Below, piece after piece: positions 9,402-18,538 of a DNA stretch of 64,000 bases (within the stretch, counting starts at the first letter, position 1; every line of letters begins with the position of its first letter). The position numbers and the translations under genes are program-made. The DNA comes from Myxococcales bacterium (lineage in GTDB: Bacteria > Myxococcota_A > UBA9042): the NCBI GenBank assembly GCA_947499075.1, contig CANMNA010000002.1, positions 1,287-65,286 of the forward strand. Direction: 5' to 3'. A model generated the notes under the pieces. The model was not told the DNA's origin, searched no databases, and saw only the letters and a list, made by a program, of their open reading frames with translations.

Positions 9402-11324
9402 ATGCCCAGCCCATCGCCCGCTATCACAGTGCCCGCTATCACAGTGCCCGCCGTCGCAGTGCCCGCCGTCGCAGTGCCCGCCGTCGCAGTGCCCGTGTCG
9501 TCTGGTCGCCAGATGGTCGCGGCTTTTGCCCAGCGCTACGCCTTGCGCTACCTGCCGTACTACCTGGCTGGCCTGATTTTTTTGGCCCTGACCAACTACT
9601 TGACGGTGGCCATTCCGCGCCTGCAAAAAGAAGTGTTTGACGAGCTCGCCGGGGCCCGCAATGCCGAAGTGGTCCACACCAACGCGCTGTGGATTGCGGT
9701 GGCGGCGGTGGCGGTCATCGTGGTGCGCTGGCTGTCGCGCATCCTGTTCTTCAACCCTGGACGCACCATCGAGTTTCGCCTGCGCAACGACATGCTGTCC
9801 AAGCTTTTGGCCATGTCGCCGGCATTTTACCGCACGTGGCCGATCGGCGACTTGATGGCCCGCGCCACCGACGATGCCGCGTTTGTGCGCGCGCTGGTGG
9901 GGTTTGCCGTCATCATGGCCCTAAACATGGTCATCGCCGCCAGCATGGCGCTGTGGCAGATGTGGCACACCGACGCTTGGCTGACGGTGTACTGCGTGCT
10001 GCCGGCGCTGGCGGCAGTCTTGATCCTGCGCAAGGGCGTGATGTGGGCGATGGCCTACATCAAGCAGACCCAAGTGGCGCTGGGCAAAGTCAGCGCGTCG
10101 GTACTTGAAGCGTACAAAGGCATCAGCGTGGTCCAGGGCGCGGCCGCCGAGCAAGCATTTCTGGCCCGTTTCGATGCGGCCAATAGCAACTACACCCAAC
10201 TGAACCTGCGGCAGGCTGCGATTCGGACATTCTTGATGCCGGTGGTGGGCGTGGTCGGCAACCTGTGTATCTTCTTGCTGTTGTGGCAAGGCGGCCAGCA
10301 TGTGGTGGCGCGCCAGATTACGCTGGGCGACATGGCGGCCTACGCCAGCTACGTCGCGGTGCTCGTGGGTGCGCTGGCTTCGGGGGGATGGGTCGTCGGC
10401 GTGCTGCAGCGCGGCATGGTCTCGCTGCAGCGCTGCTGGGACATCGCTGAACTGCAACCTGATTTGGGCGATGGCCCCGAGCAGATGCCCCAGCGGCCGG
10501 GCGGCGTCCACCTGCGGGTCAACAACCTGACGGTGTTTCAGCCGGGCGCTGCCTGCGATACCTTGCCGGTGCTGCGCGACGTCAGTTTTGACCTGCCGCC
10601 CGGCCACGTGCTGGGCGTGTATGGCGCGGTGGGCTCCGGCAAGTCGACGCTGGTGGCGGCGCTGGCGCGGATGCTGCCCGTGGCGTCCGGCAGCATCACG
10701 CTCGACGGGGTGGCGCTGCCTGACGTGCGCGACGCCGACCTGCGGCGTGCGGTGGCGGTGGTTCCCCAAGAACCCTTTCTGTTTTCGCGCAGCCTCTGCG
10801 ACAACATTGGGTTTGACGATGCGGCCGCCGATGTCGACTTGGCGCGGGTGCAGGCAGCGGCCGACGACGCCCAGCTGACCGCCGAAATCGCGCGCATGCC
10901 GCAGGGCTTGGCGACGGTGGTCGGCGAGCGCGGCTTGCTGCTTTCAGGCGGCCAGCGCCAGCGGGCGCAGCTGGCCCGGGCGCTGTACCGCGGCGGCCGC
11001 TTGTTGATCCTCGATGACGTGCTCTCGGCGGTCGACCATGAGACAGAAGAGCGCTTGCTGGCGGTCATCCGCCGACGGGTGGCAGCGCAAGGCATGTCGG
11101 CGGTCGTCATCTCGCACCGGCTATCGGCGCTGGCCCAAGCCGATGAAATCCTGGTGTTGGGCGACCCGGCATCGGACCAGCGCGGTACGGTGGTCCAGCG
11201 CGGCAGCCATGGGCAATTGCTGGCACAGGCCGGCCTGTACGCCCAAGTCTGGGCGGCGCAAAAGCAGGCAGAGTCGGGTCTGGATCAGCCCAATTCTGAG
11301 GTCTTGTCGGCGGCTGCGGCCTAA
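9402..11324 (+). CDS. ABC exporter, fused permease/ATPase (MdlA/YheI-like half transporter)
   Basis: Multi-TM N-terminal domain with IGDLMARATDD. Walker A GAVGSGKS, signature LSGGQRQR, Walker B LILDD, H-loop ISHRLS. Start uncertain (9402 or about 9513). Confidence 0.88.
   Translation: MPSPSPAITVPAITVPAVAVPAVAVPAVAVPVSSGRQMVAAFAQRYALRYLPYYLAGLIFLALTNYLTVAIPRLQKEVFDELAGARNAEVVHTNALWIAVAAVAVIVVRWLSRILFFNPGRTIEFRLRNDMLSKLLAMSPAFYRTWPIGDLMARATDDAAFVRALVGFAVIMALNMVIAASMALWQMWHTDAWLTVYCVLPALAAVLILRKGVMWAMAYIKQTQVALGKVSASVLEAYKGISVVQGAAAEQAFLARFDAANSNYTQLNLRQAAIRTFLMPVVGVVGNLCIFLLLWQGGQHVVARQITLGDMAAYASYVAVLVGALASGGWVVGVLQRGMVSLQRCWDIAELQPDLGDGPEQMPQRPGGVHLRVNNLTVFQPGAACDTLPVLRDVSFDLPPGHVLGVYGAVGSGKSTLVAALARMLPVASGSITLDGVALPDVRDADLRRAVAVVPQEPFLFSRSLCDNIGFDDAAADVDLARVQAAADDAQLTAEIARMPQGLATVVGERGLLLSGGQRQRAQLARALYRGGRLLILDDVLSAVDHETEERLLAVIRRRVAAQGMSAVVISHRLSALAQADEILVLGDPASDQRGTVVQRGSHGQLLAQAGLYAQVWAAQKQAESGLDQPNSEVLSAAAA
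9416..9495. repeat. 15-bp tandem repeat, about 5.3 copies
   Basis: GCCCGCTATCACAGT x2, then GCCCGCCGTCGCAGT x3; they read PAITV/PAVAV on the plus strand. Confidence 0.95.
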
Positions 11325-11405
11325 GGTGCGCTTGCTCAACTGCGGGCAAATGCGGTAAGTGAACTGTCAACGCAGGTCTGCACTTGCGGCGAACCGGGAG
11401 AGACG

Positions 11406-13640
11406 ATGCGGTCAGCAGCAATAGGGTTGGCAGCGCTGTGCACAGCACTGTGGTGCGCGGCCTGTGACCAAGCGGGACCCACTGGACCAACGGTTGGCGC
11501 AGGGACAACCGGTGCAGATGGCGCGGCCGCGGTGGGCGCTGACAGCCAAGCGCGCACGGACGGTGCCGAGCCACCGCTCGACCAAGTGGACGCCGCAGAA
11601 CCGTTGGACACGGCACCAGCAGAAACTGTCGACACGGTGGTCGAGGCTGCGGCCGAAGTTGGACCCAAGCCCACGGGATGTGCCAGCGACTTTGACTGCG
11701 GCGCCGCGGGCGCCCATTGCGTGGCTGGCCAGTGCCTGTTTCACACCAAGTGCCAAAGCGACAAGCAGTGCCAAAGCGTCGGCCAAGTCTGCGACCCCAT
11801 CCTGGGCGAATGCGTGCCTTGTGCCGGCGACGCCGACTGCGCCAAAGGCACTACCTGCAAGGGCCATGTCTGCCTGCCGCTGCCGCAAAGCTGCGCCAGC
11901 ACCAAGGAGTGCCCCAACGGCCTGGTCTGCAACAAGGCCACCAGCCAGTGCGTGCTGTGCGCCACTTCGGCCGACTGCAGCAGCAACCAGGGCTGCCTCG
12001 ACACTGTGTGCGTGCCCAAGGTGTGCAAGACGGCCGAGACCAAGTGCATCGGGCTGATGACCGTGGGGACCTGCAACGGCGAGGGCACCGCATTTGAGGT
12101 CAGCGAGTGTGGCGCCGGCAAGCACTGCGCGGAGGGCAAGTGTGCGGTCCAAGCGTGCACCCCAGACAAGCTCGACTGCCTGGCCGCCAAGGTCACCAAG
12201 TGCAACTCAGCGGGCACCGCCACCACTGTCGTCAAAGATTGTAGCCAGCAAGGCCAGTTGTGCAACGCCGGCCAGTGCCAGGCCACCCAGGTTTGCTCGC
12301 CGGGCAGTGCCAACTGCAAAGACAGCCAACTGCAAGTGTGCGAAGCCGACGGCACCAGCTTTAAGAAGATCGCCTGCGCCAAGGGTCAGGTCTGCATCGG
12401 CCAAGCCTGCGTCGAACCCGTATGCTTGCCCGGCGCGGTGACCTGCACCGGCGACAAGGTGATGCAGTGCGATGCGGTCGGCAGCCAGTGGAGCATGGCC
12501 AAGAACTGCGCGGACAGCGGCCTGGTCTGCAAGGCCGGATTTTGCGCGGCGGGGTGCACGGCGGGCATGGTCACGGCGGCCAAGAATTACCCAGCGACCA
12601 GCCCGTTCAACCTGTCAGCTGTGGCGGCGTGCAGCGACGGCGGATGGGCCATGGGCGGCGCGATCGAGGGCGGCAAGGCCCTGTTGGTGCGCGCCGACTC
12701 GGGCGGCACCAAGCTGTGGGAGAAGGACTTTGGCTGGACAGGTGGCTACTTCACCGCCGTGGCCGCCACTGCCAATGGTGGCATCGCCGCCGTCGGCAGC
12801 TTGGTCGACAAGAACCTGCTGACCTGCGGCGCGCTGGTCCTGGCCAACGCCGACGGCAGCAGCATCGCCGACTTACCCCAATGTGAGAGTGCCAACCCGA
12901 GCGCCGGCAATTGGGTGTTTTTGGGCATCACCAAACGCCCAGACGGCGGCCTGTACTTGATCGGCTTTCGACGGGTCGGCAGTGTGTTCACCACCGAGGA
13001 CTTTCTGGTCGTGCGCGTCGACGCAGCGGGCAAGCAGATCTGGCAAAAAACTGCGGGCGGCACGCTGTCTGACCGGGCAACCGATGCAGTGGTGCTCGCC
13101 GATGACTCGGTCGTCGCGGTTGGCTACTCGACCGTGCCGGTAGCCGGCACGAGCACGACGCTGGGCGCGATGCTGACGCGCTTGGACGCCGCGGGAGGGC
13201 CGATGTGGACCAAGACCGTCGGCACCTACTTGAACAGCAACGCCAGCGCGGTGACATTGACCAAAGGCGGCGACCTACTGGTGGTCGGCCAAGCCCAAGC
13301 CAAAGACGCCAAGTCGCAGTCGTGGGTGGCGCAGTACGCCATCGATGGCACGCTGAAGTGGCAGACGGTGGTCGGCACCACGCTCAACGCGCTGCTGGTC
13401 GATGTGGTCACGCTGCCCGACGGGACGTTTGCGGCCTACCAGTTCATGACCGAGGCCGCACCCAACGTCTTGCACCTCGACGCCAGCGCAGCGATTCTGC
13501 ACACGGTGGCGTTGCCGGGGACCAAGGACCAGCAGGCCACCCAGCTGGCGGCGGCAGCGTCTGGCGATATGGCGGCTGCGGTCTATAGCCAGTATGCGCT
13601 GAAACAACCGGGCAAGCTGATGCTGCTGTGCGGTTGGTAA
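11406..13640 (+). CDS. Cys-rich lipoprotein with probable C-terminal beta-propeller-like repeats
   Basis: Signal peptide ending CAAC, many C-x4-C-x5-C-type repeats over about 300 aa, then repeated 'D..G...W.K..G' blades. Confidence 0.75.
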   Translation: MRSAAIGLAALCTALWCAACDQAGPTGPTVGAGTTGADGAAAVGADSQARTDGAEPPLDQVDAAEPLDTAPAETVDTVVEAAAEVGPKPTGCASDFDCGAAGAHCVAGQCLFHTKCQSDKQCQSVGQVCDPILGECVPCAGDADCAKGTTCKGHVCLPLPQSCASTKECPNGLVCNKATSQCVLCATSADCSSNQGCLDTVCVPKVCKTAETKCIGLMTVGTCNGEGTAFEVSECGAGKHCAEGKCAVQACTPDKLDCLAAKVTKCNSAGTATTVVKDCSQQGQLCNAGQCQATQVCSPGSANCKDSQLQVCEADGTSFKKIACAKGQVCIGQACVEPVCLPGAVTCTGDKVMQCDAVGSQWSMAKNCADSGLVCKAGFCAAGCTAGMVTAAKNYPATSPFNLSAVAACSDGGWAMGGAIEGGKALLVRADSGGTKLWEKDFGWTGGYFTAVAATANGGIAAVGSLVDKNLLTCGALVLANADGSSIADLPQCESANPSAGNWVFLGITKRPDGGLYLIGFRRVGSVFTTEDFLVVRVDAAGKQIWQKTAGGTLSDRATDAVVLADDSVVAVGYSTVPVAGTSTTLGAMLTRLDAAGGPMWTKTVGTYLNSNASAVTLTKGGDLLVVGQAQAKDAKSQSWVAQYAIDGTLKWQTVVGTTLNALLVDVVTLPDGTFAAYQFMTEAAPNVLHLDASAAILHTVALPGTKDQQATQLAAAASGDMAAAVYSQYALKQPGKLMLLCGW

Positions 13641-13785
13641 GCGCACAGCGGTCGCGACAGTGGTTGCGCTGTAAGTTCAAGGCCGTGAACAATGGGTGCG
13701 TCCAATCGGACAACCTTGACCCCGCCCGCCCTAGAGCGTATCGTCCGCGGTTGGCCGATCGCTCAAAACCGGCTGCGGAGCCCCC

Positions 13786-15201
13786 TTGAAGAACTTCGTG
13801 CTCGACACCAATGTGCTGTTGCATGACAGCAACGCGCTGCGCAGCTTCACCGACAATGTGGTCAATGTCCCGATCTACGTGATCGAGGAGATGGACACCT
13901 TCAAGCGCGATCAGTCCGAGCTGGGTCGCAACGCCCGCCGCATCGCCCGAGAGCTGGACGAGTACCGGGCGCTGGGCAACCTGCGCGAAGGGGTGCCGCT
14001 GCCCAATGGCGGCATCATCCGGGTGGTGATGGCGCGCGCCGACATGCCCGGCCACTTCTCGGTCGGCCACACCATGGACGACGCGATCCTGTCGGCGGCG
14101 CTGTTCCTGCACCGCGACGAGCCGCACCGGCCAGCGGTGTTTGTGACCAAAGACGTCAATTTGCGCATCCGCGCCGACGCCTTGGGCCTACATGCCGAGG
14201 ACTACGACCGCCAAGAAATCGAAATGAACGACATGTACACGGGCAACGCCGAGCTGTCGGTGCCGGTTTCGCTCATCGATGCCCTGTATGCCGAAGGCGG
14301 CTTCGATGTGCGAGAGCTGGAGGACCTCAAGGGCAAATTTTGGCCCAATCAGTACCTGATCCTGCGCGGCGAGACCAACCACGGCAAGATGGCCTACGCG
14401 CGGGTCAGCAACGGTCGGGTCGAGCACCTGCGCGGCGCCAAACAAACGGTATGGGGGATCCAGCCTAAGAATTCCGAGCAGATGTATGCGCTGGACATGC
14501 TGATGCGCGACGATCTGCAGCTGTGCACCCTGGTCGGCAAGGCGGGTACCGGCAAGACGCTGCTGGCGCTGGCGGCCGGCCTGCAGTCGGTCACCGATCG
14601 CGAGGTGTACCGCAAGCTCTTGGTGAGTCGTCCAATTTTCCCATTCGGCCGCGACATTGGCTTTCTGCCGGGCGGCATCGAAGACAAGCTCAACCCGTGG
14701 ATGCAGCCGATCCACGACAACATCGACTTTTTGGTGTCCGCCCAGTTCGGTGGCAAGGACGCCAAAGAGGCCGACAAGAAAGAGCGCGACAAGGGTGACA
14801 AGGGTGACAAGGGCGACAAGGGCGACAAGGGTGACAAGATCAATGGCCTGCGCGGGGGCAAGGTCTGGAGCTACGACGAGCTGTCGAGCTCGGGCGTGCT
14901 CGAAGTCGAGCCGCTGACCTACATCCGCGGCCGCAGCCTGCCCGGCGTGTTCATGATCGTCGATGAAGCCCAGAACTTGACACCGCTGGAGATCAAAACC
15001 GTGTTGACCCGGGTCGGCCACGGCACCAAGATCGTGTTCACCGGCGACCCGTACCAGATCGACCAACCGTACCTCGACAGCCTGAACAATGGCCTGACCT
15101 ATGTGGTCGAGCGCTTCAAGAATCAGCCGATCGCCGCCCACATGACCCTGACCAAGGGCGAGCGCAGCCCGCTGGCCGAGCTGGCCGCCAACCTTCTGTA
15201 A
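13786..15201 (+). CDS. PIN-PhoH fusion protein (PhoH2/YlaK-like)
   Basis: N-terminal PIN motif FVLDTNVLLHD and VTKDVNLRIRA. PhoH motifs GKAGTGKT, IGFLPG, YIRGRSL, DEAQN and GDPYQID. Confidence 0.92.
   Translation: MKNFVLDTNVLLHDSNALRSFTDNVVNVPIYVIEEMDTFKRDQSELGRNARRIARELDEYRALGNLREGVPLPNGGIIRVVMARADMPGHFSVGHTMDDAILSAALFLHRDEPHRPAVFVTKDVNLRIRADALGLHAEDYDRQEIEMNDMYTGNAELSVPVSLIDALYAEGGFDVRELEDLKGKFWPNQYLILRGETNHGKMAYARVSNGRVEHLRGAKQTVWGIQPKNSEQMYALDMLMRDDLQLCTLVGKAGTGKTLLALAAGLQSVTDREVYRKLLVSRPIFPFGRDIGFLPGGIEDKLNPWMQPIHDNIDFLVSAQFGGKDAKEADKKERDKGDKGDKGDKGDKGDKINGLRGGKVWSYDELSSSGVLEVEPLTYIRGRSLPGVFMIVDEAQNLTPLEIKTVLTRVGHGTKIVFTGDPYQIDQPYLDSLNNGLTYVVERFKNQPIAAHMTLTKGERSPLAELAANLL
14788..14838 (+). 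repeat. In-frame 9-bp repeat GACAAGGGY (Asp-Lys-Gly), about 5 copies
   Basis: Directly visible in a variable loop of the PhoH domain. Confidence 0.9.
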
Positions 15202-15227
15202 CTCAAACACATCACTTGGATATCCCC

Positions 15228-15953
15228 ATGCCACGCTTGATTTCGCGCGTTGTAGGCACAGCGGTCGCCACGCTGTTGATCTCGACTTGGACCGCGCCGG
15301 CCTGGGCGGGCAGCAAGGCCGTCAAGGCCCCGTCGGGCCACCCGATCGTGCGACTGGTTGCCGAGAGCCAGTCGGCCTCGCCCAAAGACATCACCCTGCT
15401 GGCAGTCGCCAACCCGCTGGATCGCGAAAACTTGGCCGGCTCGGCAGCTGTGGTGCGCTTAGACGATGGCCGCGACGGTGGCGTGCCGATTTGTTGGCTG
15501 ATCGAACTCGCGGGCAAAGCCTATGGTCCCGGCAAGATCGACAGCCAGTTCCAGCTGTCGGTCTGCCCCGCCGGCCCAGCCAAAGGTGTCCAACTGGCGC
15601 GCGTGGCGATCTCGGGACGCCACGAAGCCTGGCAAGTGCGGATCGAGTCGGCGCGCTATGACAGCAAGGCCCAAGGTGTCGAATCGGCCGCGCTGTGGGG
15701 CCTGTACGGCAAGTATGGCACCACCGAGACGCGCGCCCTGTGGGAGCGGACCTCGACCACGTTCAAGTCCAAGACCGATGTCACGATGAACCAAGCCGAG
15801 ACCTGCGGCACGCCAGAGATCACCGCAGGCAGCCAGGAGCCCGAAGCAGTCACGGTGCACTGTGACACCGAGACCATGCTGGGCAAACTGCCCAAGCGCG
15901 CCAAGCAGAGTTTTCGCTCGGCGTGGATGGGCGACCGCTATTCGATGAATTGA
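15228..15953 (+). CDS. Secreted hypothetical protein
   Basis: Signal peptide ending APAWA, codon usage like neighbouring genes, four Cys. Confidence 0.65.
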   Translation: MPRLISRVVGTAVATLLISTWTAPAWAGSKAVKAPSGHPIVRLVAESQSASPKDITLLAVANPLDRENLAGSAAVVRLDDGRDGGVPICWLIELAGKAYGPGKIDSQFQLSVCPAGPAKGVQLARVAISGRHEAWQVRIESARYDSKAQGVESAALWGLYGKYGTTETRALWERTSTTFKSKTDVTMNQAETCGTPEITAGSQEPEAVTVHCDTETMLGKLPKRAKQSFRSAWMGDRYSMN

Positions 15954-16041
15954 GGCGTGGGCTAGGAATTGAGGCGTGGGCTAGGAATTGAGGCGTGGGC
16001 TAGGAATTGAGGCGTGGGCTAGGAATTGAGGCGTGGGCTAG
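15947..16041. repeat. Perfect 19-bp tandem repeat x5 (GAATTGAGGCGTGGGCTAG)
   Basis: Five identical contiguous units with no spacers, between two convergent genes. Confidence 0.97.
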
Positions 16042-16721
16042 CCGGACCCAAAGCCGCCGGAGCTGGGTCCGAGCACCAAAAGCGGCAGTCGGGCGACGTC
16101 TTCCAGCACGTAGTCGGCGCCCAGACCGTGGGCCATGCGGCTGTTGTCGTGATCGATAAGCGCACACCGCAGCCCGGCATAGCGTGCGGTATCGCGGTCA
16201 ATGCCGGAACTGCCAAACAGCAACGTATCCTGCGTCGTGCCACCGCAGCGCTGCATCAGCTCTTCGGCCCCGGCCGGGTCGGGCTTGCGCGGCACCTCGC
16301 CATCACCGGCCAGCAAGAACAGCAGCCACTTGTCGATGCCCATCTTCTGGACCAGCCGCAGTGACGGCTCCTGAGGCTTGTTGGTCAAGATCGCCAGCTT
16401 GGCGCCGCCGCGCACCAATGTCTCCAGCACTTCGGCGATCCCCGGAAAAAGCTTAGCTTTGGCGCCCAGTCGTGCTTCGTAGCGCTCGCGAAAGGCGTGC
16501 AGGATATCGTTGATCTCGAGATCTGTCGGCACCGGCCCGGTGGCCACCAACGCCGCCTTGAGCAGTGACCGCAGGTTCTCGCCGGGCCACTCAGCCACCT
16601 GGGCCCGGGTCAGGGTCGGCCGCGCCATCGCCAGCAATTGGTCATTGAGGGCATCGGTCAGGTCGTCGAGCGTATCGACCAAGGTGCCGTTGAGGTCCAT
16701 GATAACGACTGAGAATCTCAC
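16038..16721 (-). CDS. HAD-IA family (Gph-like) hydrolase with degenerate catalytic motifs
   Basis: GTG start. Motifs DLNGTLVDT, LFPG, ILTNKP, RKPDP and FGSSGID. Confidence 0.8.
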   Translation of the reverse strand: MRFSVVIMDLNGTLVDTLDDLTDALNDQLLAMARPTLTRAQVAEWPGENLRSLLKAALVATGPVPTDLEINDILHAFRERYEARLGAKAKLFPGIAEVLETLVRGGAKLAILTNKPQEPSLRLVQKMGIDKWLLFLLAGDGEVPRKPDPAGAEELMQRCGGTTQDTLLFGSSGIDRDTARYAGLRCALIDHDNSRMAHGLGADYVLEDVARLPLLVLGPSSGGFGSG

Positions 16722-16898
16722 CGGCGCCTCGGGGCGCAGTGGGCACCCGCCCAAGCAGTGTGGAACAATGCCCTGCGATTGCCAAGCGGCGCAGGCCGCG
16801 CTAACGTGCGGGTGCGCCGAATGCTTGCCGACGCGGCTATCACGCACCCCTACGTATCCGATTTTGGCAGCAGCTCTGGAATGCGAGGCAAAAGCCCG

Positions 16899-17852
16899 AT
16901 GGTGCAAGGCTCCGGCGCAACCCATCACAGCTGCGGACCACTTCGTGACAATTTGGGGCACCGGGGCGCTGCCACGGCGCTGCTGCGCGCCCCGCATCTG
17001 GTCGGCCTGACGCTGACGTGCCTCGCGCTACTCGCCGTGCGCGCGGTACCGGCAGGGGCGTTGCCGGCTGGCACCCGCATCGAGACAAGCGACGACGGCA
17101 AGATCGTGCAGATCCCCGGTGAACCGCTGCCACAGCCCGGCGCCAAATTGCCGGTGCCCAAGGTCAAGCGCACCGCAGCCGACAAGCCGATTGCGACCAA
17201 GGCCCCTGAGGCGGCCAAGCCCGTCGCAGGTCCGCGCGAAGTAGAGACGATCGCACAGCCTGCCGTCGAGTTTGGCGGCGGCTACATCGTGTTGCCGGAC
17301 AGCGTGCTGCGCCTCATCGCAACCGCGCGCAACCCGGGTAAAGGACAACGCGATCAGCACCCTACGCTGCAGGGCCTGGTCATCGAAGGCGGCTACCGGA
17401 TGCCCGTGTCGCCGCGCAGCTGGATCGTGGTGCGCGGGGGCCTGATTCTGCCGATGGTCCCCGACCAGAATTGGTGGGCGGCCAAAGGCAGCCCCGCGCC
17501 GCTGTACACTGCGATCAGCGTGGTCGGTATCGACATCACGGCCGATTACCTGCGCCGATTTGAAGTCAACGCGGTGCTCGGCGTGCTGCTCCGCGGGGGC
17601 CTCGGTCTGCAAGTGGTGGCCGGTGGCGCGACCCAAACGGAGACGCTGCCCAACTGCGCGGCGAGCAAGGCCGCAACCTGTGCGACGTGGCGCACCTTGG
17701 GCAAGACTGAGGTGTGGCTGCCGCCGGTGCTGCCTGCGCTGCGGGCCACCGCTGGCCTTGATCTGCGGCTGAGCAAGGAACTGGCGCTTCAGGTCGAAGG
17801 CGGACTGCGCAGCGCCCCGTACCTGGGCGGTGGCTTTGCCTACTCGTTCTGA
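16899..17852 (+). CDS. Hypothetical protein, probable outer-membrane beta-barrel
   Basis: Signal-like hydrophobic stretch, alternating beta-strand pattern, and C-terminal YLGGGFAYSF ending in Phe. Start uncertain. Confidence 0.55.
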   Translation: MVQGSGATHHSCGPLRDNLGHRGAATALLRAPHLVGLTLTCLALLAVRAVPAGALPAGTRIETSDDGKIVQIPGEPLPQPGAKLPVPKVKRTAADKPIATKAPEAAKPVAGPREVETIAQPAVEFGGGYIVLPDSVLRLIATARNPGKGQRDQHPTLQGLVIEGGYRMPVSPRSWIVVRGGLILPMVPDQNWWAAKGSPAPLYTAISVVGIDITADYLRRFEVNAVLGVLLRGGLGLQVVAGGATQTETLPNCAASKAATCATWRTLGKTEVWLPPVLPALRATAGLDLRLSKELALQVEGGLRSAPYLGGGFAYSF

Positions 17853-18204
17853 GCGCTTGCGGTAGCAGGATAACGAAAACGCCGAACCCGGAGAAGTTTT
17901 CCCCAGCGTCACCGGGTCCGGCGCCGTCCGTTCCCGCAAGTCCCAGCGGCCGGCTGGGCAACAGTGCGGTGAGTCTGGCGAGCGCAGCGCTCATAGCCCA
18001 AGCGCGCGGTCGGCAGAGCGGCCACCGTGGCGCACTGCAAAGAACCGTACAGTGGCTAGTTCAAGAGCCGTGCCAACGCAGTGATCCTTAATTTTCTATG
18101 GTTTTTTCAGAATTCGCACCGCGAACACCTGGCCACAGGCGTCGGGCGGACACTGGTCGGACACAAGCGCGTCGGCAATCAGACTGCGTCGGTTCAGACG
18201 ACGA

Positions 18205-18462
18205 CTACTTGAGCAATCGCTCTTTGGCAGTCTCTAACATCGCAGGGCGAAACGACTTCTTCAGGCGCAACAGCTTGTCGAATTTGGCGCGCTGCCGGGT
18301 CTCGAGCACTACGGTCATCGGCTTTTTGATTTCGCCATCGATCAACTGGTCGCTAAAATCGTAGAACTTCGACTTTTCTTCGCCAAAAGCCGCGCCCGCC
18401 GGGGCCAGAAAGGCCAGCGCAGTGGCGCCCAGAATTGCGGCTCGGACAGTCTTGCGGGTCAT
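18205..18462 (-). CDS. Small secreted GltF/CglF-like protein (second paralog)
   Basis: Signal peptide, then FYDFSDQLIDGEIKKP...AKFDKLLRLKKSFRPAM, with AGGA RBS. Last gene of the glt-like cluster. Confidence 0.75.
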   Translation of the reverse strand: MTRKTVRAAILGATALAFLAPAGAAFGEEKSKFYDFSDQLIDGEIKKPMTVVLETRQRAKFDKLLRLKKSFRPAMLETAKERLLK

Positions 18463-18538
18463 GATCGGTTCCTCGGGTGGCGCGCTGCCGCCAACAGTCT
18501 AGGTCTTTGTCGCCAAAGTGCAACTGCCATGCAAGGTG

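Noticed and set aside
15947..16041. Possible CRISPR array
   Set aside because: Units are contiguous with no spacers, only 19 bp long, and no cas genes are in the window.
17853..18204. Intergenic gap examined for tRNA-Sec (selC), SRP RNA or a small ORF
   Set aside because: No cloverleaf or recognisable RNA motif. The minus-strand ORF 17566-17994 overlaps a better plus-strand gene.
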